In this document: in pieces, positions 10,101 to 16,967 of the stretch
Layout: the number at the start of each line of letters is the position of its first letter
How positions within the stretch are numbered: the first letter of the stretch is position 1
Assembly: GCA_964014485.1 (NCBI GenBank)
Contig: CAXHAT010000052.1
Span: 1-42,173, forward strand
Source of the DNA: an uncultured Deferribacteres bacterium
Lineage (GTDB): Bacteria; Zhuqueibacterota; Zhuqueibacteria; Zhuqueibacterales; Geothermadaptataceae
Length of the DNA: 42,173 nucleotides
Direction: 5' to 3'
Position numbers and translations under genes: made by a program
The notes under the pieces: generated by a model
The model's database searches: none
Told to the model about the DNA's origin: nothing
The model's input: the letters and a program-made list of their open reading frames with translations, nothing else

Positions 10101-10627
10101 CGGGTGAGCGTGTGATTATTCTGCAGGGCGAAACTGGCTTGAGCGGTTCTTGGGAATTCACTATGAAGGCGCCGGAAGCAGCCGAGGATACGCCGCCGGT
10201 TGCAGGCGACGTTTTCTTCATCGCCACGACACGCCCGTTTTCGCAGGATGACTTGTTTACGTTTACGACGCGCGGTTCCACCGTCGATCAAGCGCAGGCG
10301 GCTTCAGGTCTCGATGATATTTACACGGTTCCCAACCCTTACGTCGTAACGAGCCTGATTGAGCCGCTGGATCGGCAGAATCCTCGAGATCGCGGGCAGC
10401 GACGAATGTACTTCGCCAATCTGCCGCAGCAATGCACGATTCGGATTTTTACGATCACCGGCGAGCTGGTTGACGTCATCGAGCACGATTCGCCGCTGAC
10501 GAACGGTCAAGCGTTTTGGGATTTGACGACGAAGGACAATTTCCCCGTCGCTTACGGCGTTTACGTCTACCACGTTGATGCCGGGGAGCTGGGTGAGGTT
10601 GTTAAGCGATTCGCGATCATCAAATAA
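7160..10627 (+). CDS. Large secreted protein with Asp-rich Ca-binding loops, an FN3-like domain and a T9SS-like C-terminal domain
   Basis: GAGGA RBS; signal peptide; DGIDNDGDGLVDE-type repeats; PGDRKVTLYW..FEGYVIYRS..YYYAVVSYD FN3-like segment; C-terminal VPNPY...IRIFTITGELV...WDL..GVYVYHV...KRFAIIK. Confidence 0.85.
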   Translation: MFRHNRMKFSIYVFVALLYAGAAFWAFAGESGEENDKPKRGSAAWYKNGPQKDWSRGDHDKYYNWREKVYKRVRDRLAKRSPLNDDQVLRRQRAIINGNKIITEITNFGSISSPGNRTTDIVWEGLGYGYEFGPFIITEVEVPAESHIDAYMDTTADGQPVLDSDGNPIWKTIIISDGLVSNGGEVAPDLSEFWGWEPLAFNDQGVPFADPLNERIPTSNDLDRDGDGKPDSWPEGWYNPNIKRYVWPGALRQGASNADLESFFVVDDRTNREFEYYPFPHDSSRKGLGIEIECRYYQWANPLAEDMIFLVYKITNKSPKDLKDVFFGMWGDPHVGGPSNWQDDLADFDIEKNMVFAWDEDGRSDVAGRTPGYFGYKFLESPGNPDDGIDNDGDGLVDESQFNGIDDDGDWDPEFDDVGQDGVANTGDLGEGDGVPTAGDQFDIRRPGEPNFETTDLDESDQNGLTSFAAPPFAGNRISDDHKIFTQYMQPGEFDTLNAITAGDNIFLYGSGPINLNAGASRRFSIALIIGEDRQDLSQNADIAQQIFESNYQFAKPPEKPTVTAVPGDRKVTLYWDQKAETETFDPLSRSNDFEGYVIYRSTDPNFLDQQTITDAGGAGFLLEPLKTVNGAPAKWDLDNEFEGLAAVPFKPQGVFYNLGSNTGLQHSFVDSNNVINGQTYYYAVVSYDHGFDSDSLKNPPTECSRTITINPETNEVLLDINTVEVIPGVQAAGYQAGGLDEAGIAQTAGVGTGTVNIDIIDPDKLEEGNEFRVSFLEDPTRYTVEDLTPQIKSLEANVDQFVLLNENINESGFSLTAGNGGATYTRDVDYELDPVAGFLRVIPGGAISEDDPIIATYTYFPVLESQLLNNEEANPIFDGMKIFVEDQELDLDEERTGWVAGSQANVEVPVKPFNNLARNRVPADYEVRFSSELVDSSSQTRRGYIKTNFQVFDVTKGRMPTRQRIVIVENSATRDSLWNPGERVIILQGETGLSGSWEFTMKAPEAAEDTPPVAGDVFFIATTRPFSQDDLFTFTTRGSTVDQAQAASGLDDIYTVPNPYVVTSLIEPLDRQNPRDRGQRRMYFANLPQQCTIRIFTITGELVDVIEHDSPLTNGQAFWDLTTKDNFPVAYGVYVYHVDAGELGEVVKRFAIIK

Positions 10628-10719
10628 AATATTCGCTTAACCAGAATGGAGGCCGATGCACTTGCATTGATTAGACTTGCTTCAACGGCTCTCTTCATGT
10701 CATAAATAAAGACAAAAAG

Positions 10720-11001
10720 TTGGAAATCAGCAGAATAGTTTGGCTTGAAGATATCGTCGAAAAACTTCGATGGAAACACAACGTTGAGGAATTGGAAGTT
10801 ATCGAAGTTCTTGAAAACAGACCTAAATTTCAATTCAAGGAAAAAGGCTACAGATCTGGAGAGAACGTTTTCGGCGCTTTTGGCCAGACAAACAAGAAGC
10901 GGTTCTTAAGTATATTTTTTGTTTATACTAAAGACAAACGAGCCATTATCGTTTCAGCCAGGGATATGTCAGCAAAAGAGAGGAAAAAACATGTCACATA
11001 A
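10720..11001 (+). CDS. brnT: BrnT family type II toxin
   Basis: KLRWKHNVEELEVIEV...GQT...IIVSARDMSAKERK, typical BrnT/DUF497 motifs; TTG start. Confidence 0.8.
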   Translation: MEISRIVWLEDIVEKLRWKHNVEELEVIEVLENRPKFQFKEKGYRSGENVFGAFGQTNKKRFLSIFFVYTKDKRAIIVSARDMSAKERKKHVT

Positions 11002-11248
11002 AACTGCGGTCTCAAAAGCCAAATCCTATCAAGAAATTGGCGCATTCTGGGATGAACACGATGCGACGGAATTTGGAGAGCAAAAAGAAGTCGATTTTGA
11101 AGTGAATATCAAAGCGCAACGCAGATATTACCCTTTAGAAAATTCTCTGTCTGTAAAGATGCGCCAGATCGCCGAGGAACGGGGCGTGAGTGAAGAAACT
11201 TTATTGAATTTGTGGGTTCAGGAAAAGCTCAAACAAATCGCTGCATAA
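10991..11248 (+). CDS. BrnA/CopG-like antitoxin
   Basis: EIGAFWDEHD N-terminus and ribbon-helix-helix C-terminus (IAEERGVSEETLLNLWVQEKL); overlaps the brnT stop. Confidence 0.8.
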   Translation: MSHKTAVSKAKSYQEIGAFWDEHDATEFGEQKEVDFEVNIKAQRRYYPLENSLSVKMRQIAEERGVSEETLLNLWVQEKLKQIAA

Positions 11249-11267
11249 GCAACGAGGATGATAAAAA

Positions 11268-11492
11268 ATGAAACGACAACTTTTTGGACGATACATTGTT
11301 GCAGACCCGGAAATCTGCCACGGCAAATCGACGTTTCGAGGAACGCGAATTCTTGTTGCGGATGTTCTGGAGCAAGTGGCGGAAGGACTTGCTTGGGAAA
11401 CAATTATCGAAGAATGGCGCGGACGAATCAGTGTGGACGCAATCGCTGAAGCTGTAGCCTTGTCGAGAAAAGCCATTGGAATGGCGCGATAA
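11268..11492 (+). CDS. DUF433 domain antitoxin-like protein (orphan)
   Basis: IVADPEICHGKSTFRGTRILVADVLEQVAEG, the DUF433 signature. Confidence 0.88.
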   Translation: MKRQLFGRYIVADPEICHGKSTFRGTRILVADVLEQVAEGLAWETIIEEWRGRISVDAIAEAVALSRKAIGMAR

Positions 11493-11519
11493 ATAGAAAT
11501 GAGATTGGAGAAATTTCTC

Positions 11520-12554
11520 ATGAAACGAATTTACCATGTTTTTGCGGGCCTTTTGTTCATCACAGCGACGGCGCAGGCGCAGTTGGACAACTCGCAGACG
11601 ATCACCAAAACCGGCACGACGGCGGCGCAATTTCTGAAAATCGGCATTGACGCGCGTTCCGCCGGGATGGGCAACGCCTACACAGCAATGCAAGGCGCGT
11701 TGACCTCAATGAACGCCAATCCCGCCGGGATCGGGTTTATGCAAAATGCGGAAGCGCTGTTTTCGCATCATGAATGGATCGCAGACATAAACTTTAACTA
11801 CTTCGCTTTCGGCTTCAATATTGACGGTTTGGGGACGATTGGCGCTAGCATAACCAGCTTGACCACGCCGGAAGATATTGTCCGCACGATTGATCAACCC
11901 GAAGGCACCGGCGAGCTTTTCAACGCGGGCGATTTTTCATTAAATTTATCGTTCGCCAAACAATTGACGGATAAATTTACCATTGGCGGCACGATGAAAT
12001 TCATCAACCAGAGCATCTGGCACTCCAACGCCAATGCCATTGCCGCAGACTTGGGCGCGATCTTCGTCACGCCGTTCAACGGCGTCCGCCTGGGCGCAAG
12101 CATCCAGAATTTCGGTTCGGACATGCGCATGTTCGGGCGGGACGTTCGCTTCAGCGAAGATCCTGATCCGAATAACCAAGGCAATGTTGAATTCGTCAAC
12201 GCGGAATTTGAAACGGACGCTTTCCCCTTGCCGCTATTGTTTCGCGTCGGACTTTCAGGAGAATTTTACAAAGCTGAAAATGTCCGCGCCAGCTTTAGCA
12301 TTGACGCCATGGAGCCGAACGACAACAGCAGCGCGGTGAACGGCGGCGTTGAGTTGGCATTCAGCGAGACGTTTTTTGTACGCGGCGGTTATTCCACTTT
12401 GTTCAGGGAAGATTCTGAGGAAGGCTTAACTTTTGGCGGCGGGATTCACTACCGTCTGTGGGGGAATTCGTCAATGCTCAAAATTGACTATGCTTATGGA
12501 GATTACGGCTTGCTGGATAACGTGCAGAGATTTTCGGTAGGTATTACGTTTTAG
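11520..12554 (+). CDS. PorV/PorQ family outer-membrane beta-barrel
   Basis: GGAG RBS; signal peptide; GTTAAQFLKIGIDARSAGMGNAY..NPAG motif; C-terminal DYAY...QRFSVGITF. Confidence 0.88.
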   Translation: MKRIYHVFAGLLFITATAQAQLDNSQTITKTGTTAAQFLKIGIDARSAGMGNAYTAMQGALTSMNANPAGIGFMQNAEALFSHHEWIADINFNYFAFGFNIDGLGTIGASITSLTTPEDIVRTIDQPEGTGELFNAGDFSLNLSFAKQLTDKFTIGGTMKFINQSIWHSNANAIAADLGAIFVTPFNGVRLGASIQNFGSDMRMFGRDVRFSEDPDPNNQGNVEFVNAEFETDAFPLPLLFRVGLSGEFYKAENVRASFSIDAMEPNDNSSAVNGGVELAFSETFFVRGGYSTLFREDSEEGLTFGGGIHYRLWGNSSMLKIDYAYGDYGLLDNVQRFSVGITF

Positions 12555-12579
12555 GCTAAGCAGAACAGAGAATTCTTTT

Positions 12580-12619
12580 AAACGCCGATTCGAGTAGAAA
12601 TTGAATCGGCGTTTTTTTT
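12580..12619 (+). terminator. Rho-independent terminator of the receptor-to-PorV gene run
   Basis: AAACGCCGATTC ... GAATCGGCGTTT stem followed by a T run. Confidence 0.8.
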
Positions 12620-12642
12620 ATCCTTATCTCCGACGGAAAATA

Positions 12643-12778
12643 ATACCAATTTCCATAGTTTGGCGTCCACACTTGGCCTGTCATTCAGAAGGAATCTATG
12701 TCGTCCAATGCTCGCGATGACATAGATTCTTCCTGAATGACAGGCCATTTATGTATATAAAATCACGGAAAATGGTAT
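12643..12778. mobile_element. MITE family E carrying a REP doublet
   Basis: TIRs ATACCAATTTCC / GGAAAATGGTAT (11/12); internal inverted repeat TGGCCTGTCATTCAGAAGGAATCTATGTC (12674-12702) / GACATAGATTCTTCCTGAATGACAGGCCA (12719-12747). Confidence 0.65.
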
Positions 12779-12800
12779 AAGAACGTGCCCTGCCCGTCGT

Positions 12801-13574
12801 TCATTGGACGCCTAAATCCATTTTGCAATCATGCGCCGCTTTTTCAGCTTCTTCGGCTTCCCAAAACAAATCTTCTTTTAGGAATTTTGTCAACGGTTTG
12901 AGTCGTCGAATGTCAAAATTGATCCACGGCGTGCCCGAGCCGGTTGAAAAACCGACCGCTTTTTGATTCGGACGCGATATATTTTTGCGGACGGCTTCGG
13001 GACTTTCAATTGGCTCGATCCATTCTTCCCACCCGGCATATATTTTTTCCGGCGCATAAATCGCCGCGTAAAAAAGCGCGATCCGCGTCCTCTGCTCGTC
13101 GAGATAAAGTCCGAGTTTTGGGTTTGGCGTCGTCAGTCTGCGATACGTCAGCCACGCTTCTCGTTCGATGATGCCGATAAACGGCGTTGGAATGTCCGCA
13201 ATTGGCCGCTTCCTCTCCGAATCGGAGAATTTGTATTCAACGTAGAACGAAAAAAGCCCGGCGGACTTTAGACCGGCTGGCTTTTCCAAAATGACTGGCT
13301 CACTTTGCCGTTCCGCCCATGTCGGCAGCTGACGGAAACGGTCCAGGTAGAGACAGTCGGGGAAATATCGCAGCAAGTCCGTCGTCGGCCCCATTGAACG
13401 ATAGAGAAGTTCATGAACTTTATCGGCCTTTTCCTTAAACTGATGCTCAATGCCTGTGGGGATGCGAATATAGCGATCCCGAGTGAAAATCGAGCTTTCA
13501 GCGGCGGTGACAAGTTTTTCCGTCTTGCTCGAGCGACCAGAGAAGCCGCCCGATGAAAGTTTCTGAGCGCTCAC
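12801..13574 (-). CDS. Hypothetical protein, possible PD-(D/E)XK restriction-endonuclease fold
   Basis: FPDCLYL ... FYVEYKF spacing fits PD...ExK; GTG start; no methyltransferase nearby. Confidence 0.5.
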   Translation of the reverse strand: MSAQKLSSGGFSGRSSKTEKLVTAAESSIFTRDRYIRIPTGIEHQFKEKADKVHELLYRSMGPTTDLLRYFPDCLYLDRFRQLPTWAERQSEPVILEKPAGLKSAGLFSFYVEYKFSDSERKRPIADIPTPFIGIIEREAWLTYRRLTTPNPKLGLYLDEQRTRIALFYAAIYAPEKIYAGWEEWIEPIESPEAVRKNISRPNQKAVGFSTGSGTPWINFDIRRLKPLTKFLKEDLFWEAEEAEKAAHDCKMDLGVQ

Positions 13575-13616
13575 GACAGTTTCTCACAATTGCGATACAT
13601 TTTCAGCGCCTTTTGG

Positions 13617-14399
13617 TTAGGGTGCATCGCTAATTTCCAAATAGGTCGCCCAAATCCTGTCCAAAGCTTCCGCTGCGCCGGTTGGCACTTTTAAATCCAC
13701 AATGCCTGAAACTTCGGTTTCATCAGGATTGATTTCGATCGTCGGCGCTCCTTGTTGTTTTGCTCGCCAAACCGGCTCCATGATGTAAGGGAAAAGGCTG
13801 GATGTGCCGATAGAAAACACCAAATCGAAGCCTTTGTCGAGCTCGGTTTGAAGCAGCTCGATATTTTCAAGAGAAAGCAGCTCGCCAAATAAAACAACGT
13901 CGGGTCTCAAGACGCTCTCACATTTTGCACAAAGCGGTAAATCCGCCAGGCCGTCCAGATCAGCGACCATTTCGCGAAAGTCGCAAAGAGTGCATTTAAG
14001 TTCGCTCAAGTTGCCGTGAATCTCGATGACGTTTTTGCCGCCGGCGTCGCGATGAAAACCGTCGACGTTTTGCGTCAGCGTCCAGACTCGCGGGAATTTC
14101 TTTTCGATTTCGGCGATGACTTTGTGACCGCGATTGAATCGCGCGCCCTTGCACGCCGAAGCGATTTCGTGCAAATATTTCCAGGTTAATTCAGGCTGCT
14201 TTTCCATGGTTTCGCCGGACAGCAATTCTTCTATCGGCATGCCGTCGGCTGTCGTGTCAACGTTGTACAACCCGCCGACGCCACGATATGTCGGCACGCC
14301 GGAATCAGCGGATATTCCGGCGCCGGTAACAAAAAGGACGCTCGCCGACTCGGCCAGCTTTTGCGCCGCTTGTTCAATCTCCGCCTCAAATTTGCTCAT
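13617..14399 (-). CDS. cobB: NAD-dependent protein deacylase (sirtuin, CobB-like)
   Basis: GAGISADSGVPTYRG, TQNVDGFH, HG, two CxxC zinc motifs, RPDVVLFGE, GTS, EINP. Confidence 0.92.
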   Translation of the reverse strand: MSKFEAEIEQAAQKLAESASVLFVTGAGISADSGVPTYRGVGGLYNVDTTADGMPIEELLSGETMEKQPELTWKYLHEIASACKGARFNRGHKVIAEIEKKFPRVWTLTQNVDGFHRDAGGKNVIEIHGNLSELKCTLCDFREMVADLDGLADLPLCAKCESVLRPDVVLFGELLSLENIELLQTELDKGFDLVFSIGTSSLFPYIMEPVWRAKQQGAPTIEINPDETEVSGIVDLKVPTGAAEALDRIWATYLEISDAP

Positions 14400-14544
14400 A
14401 TTTTTTTATCAAGTTTTCAGTCTTCCAACCGTATTTGCCGTCTTGACCAGGAAGTAACTTCGGAGTCAAACGTTTCAGCGTTTGGAGTGGTTTGTCGTTG
14501 CTGGTGGCGACGATGAATCGTCGCACTCCGAAAAAAGTTACTCA

Positions 14545-14869
14545 CTGATGTTATGTGCCAGCTATGAAGCCAAGGAAACTCCTGTTAAAGTCATTCCCGC
14601 GCAGGCGGGAATCCAGGAGCTGCGTACGATTGACTGGATTCCCGCCTGCCAGGCTGTTGCAGAATAGATTTTCCATAAGATCACGCCTAATAAAATTCGC
14701 GACAAAGCTACAGCGAGCTTCCCACGTGCAACTATATCGCTCATTCGCTTCACAAATTAAGGCCGCGATTGAGAAATTTTCTATTCTGCAACAGCCTGCT
14801 GCGCGGGAATGACGTAAAAGCGAGTTTCATCTGTTCCTGCTTGAGAAATTTTCAAGAGTGCGACATCAT
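14545..14869. mobile_element. MITE family A copy 2 with nested MITE B
   Basis: CTGATGTTATG ... AAGAGTGCGACATCAT; flanks TTACTCA / TTACTTA (6/7); REP doublet inside. Confidence 0.8.
14650..14798. mobile_element. MITE family B inserted in a REP hairpin loop
   Basis: Perfect 18-bp TIR CAGGCTGTTGCAGAATAG / CTATTCTGCAACAGCCTG; 4-bp duplication CTGC (14646-14649, 14799-14802). Confidence 0.85.
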
Positions 14870-14933
14870 TTACTTAGAAGCTTTCCTGCCGCATTGGCGG
14901 CGTAACCCTGGCAGGGTTAAAATTTACACAGAA

Positions 14934-16637
14934 TCAATGCCCCTTGGTCGATCCGAGTCGACGCGCATCGGTCACGCCGTGAAGCTTGCCGTCTTTTTTG
15001 TCGCGATAGACGATTTGCATCGAACCGGTGTGGTAATTGTACGGGCCAAGATCGGAAAATTTCATGCCGCGCGCGCCAATCCCTTTGCGCACGCTTTCGC
15101 TCAGACGCGATTCGATTTCGATTTTTTCGCCTTCACGAAACGCCCAAAAGCGCGGCGCGTCCGCTGCGTCGAGCGGTTTCATGCCGAAATCCAAAATATT
15201 GATCAACACTTCCGTCACAGGCTGGGGCGGGTTGCCCGGCGTGCCCATCGCCAGCCAGGGTTTGCCGTTTTCGTCGGCGATCATAATTGCCGTGATCGGC
15301 AGAATGAGCCGTCGCCCGTCGCCGTTTGTCGCAGCCGACGCGCCGGAGCCGGTTGCACGCACGCCGTCGATAAAAACGCCCGGCGCGCCGCCGTGAATGG
15401 TGTGCAGCATCGAAATCCAGTTGCCAAACTTATCCGCGATAACGATGTGATCGCTGCCCAATTCCGCAATTTCACGCGGATCAAAAGCGTTTTCAACGTT
15501 GGATGTTTTAACTTCAGCGCTGACCTTCGGCATGGAGTTGCGCACAAATTCCGCGCCCATTTTGCCGTACTCTTTCGACAGCCAAAGCTCGCTCGGAATA
15601 TGGTAATTCAACGGGTCGCGAATCGTGCCGGAGACTTCTTTGTGAACCCGTCCAAATGCGCGGGAAATCGTTTCCAGCGTTTCAATGGATTCTGCGTAAT
15701 GCCCGGCGGCTTTCAAGTCAAAATTTTCCAAAATATTGAGATTGTAACCGACGATCAATCCGCCGGTATCGGGCGGCGGCGAGCCGTAAATCGTGTGTCC
15801 GCGATATGAAAATTGCACCGGTTTGTCCCAAATCGCGGCGTACTCCTCCATATCGGCCATCGAAATGCGTCCGCCGGATTTTTGCGCCGCTTCAACAAAC
15901 TTTTGCCCCCAGGCGCCGGTGTACATGTAGTCCGGCCCTTCCGCCGCCAGTTTGCGCAACGTCTCCGCCAACGCGGGCATTTTCCAGGGGCGCCCAACGC
16001 CGACGAGATGACCGTCCGGCATGTAAAACTTTCGCGCTTCCGTGTGCTGGCGCAAATCGCCGAGAAACCCAAAATCGAACAGCGCAAAATTGAACCCGTA
16101 CATGAACGAGGTGACAATCGCGCCCTCTTCCGCCGCCTGAATCGCCGGTTCAATGTAGCTCGCCCATGACCGGCTGCCGAAGCGCTGCATCAATGCTTCC
16201 GCCCCGCGAATCGTGCCGCCAATCGACACTTTCGACGGATCTCCGGACTAGCCGCGATCCGCTTTTGGACGGGCGGAAACGGCGCTGATGGCGTAATACT
16301 CGCCGGATTTCGCGTCATAGCCGATGGCCGACATACTGCCGAAAAGAAAAACCATGTGATAGTCGTGAACTTGCTGCACGAACATTGCGGTGAGCGCCGC
16401 GTCGACAGCATTTCCGCCGGATTTAAGCACGTCGAGCGCCGCCAAAGTTGAACTGGCCAATTGCGTGCTGACCATGCCTTTCCCGCCAATCGCCTCGGTT
16501 TTTGGCCCCTGGTTGATCTCAGGATGATCAGGGTTCGTCGGCCCGAAGTCCATTTTCTTGTTTTGCGCCAGCCCCGCGCTGAAGGCAAAGAGCAAAATGA
16601 GCGGCGTTACAATTCGGAGCAAAAACGTATTTTTCAT
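14934..16637 (-). pseudogene. ggt: Gamma-glutamyltransferase family (Ntn hydrolase) gene interrupted by one in-frame TAG at 16248-16250
   Basis: Signal peptide, GMVST, GGNAVDAA in the first ORF; same frame continues (DRG*SGDPSKVSIGG) into PPPDTGG, H..IADKFGN, GTPG, APRF and D.RR.G motifs. Confidence 0.8.
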
Positions 16638-16967
16638 TTGGCAACCCACGTTTTCAGATTACAAAACTGATGTTACACACGCCGATGCAGAAAATGGAGT
16701 GCAAGGCTTGCCTTGCCATTCCGTTGCCACTTTTTTCAGGGTAGAGAAAGGCAAAGCAAGCTTTGGACTCCTTGCTTCTTTGCGATGGCGCGTACACTGA
16801 GAAAGTCGAATCGAATACGAAAAAGCAAACGGATTCCGCCAAATATCGCCGAAGCGCGTTGTGAAATTGTGCATTGAAAACAAAAATCTTTTTCAGTATA
16901 TAAAACACCTTCAACACAAGCTCAGGATTTGCACAGCTTTCCGTTTTCGGATCAAAAAAACGCGTTC

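Noticed and set aside
13617..14399. Defence-type SIR2 NADase (Thoeris/DSR)
   Set aside because: Has the size, Zn ribbon and motifs of a housekeeping CobB deacylase.
16667..16680. CTGATGTTACACAC, resembling a MITE A end
   Set aside because: No matching opposite end, REP cargo or clear duplication; at most a solo remnant.
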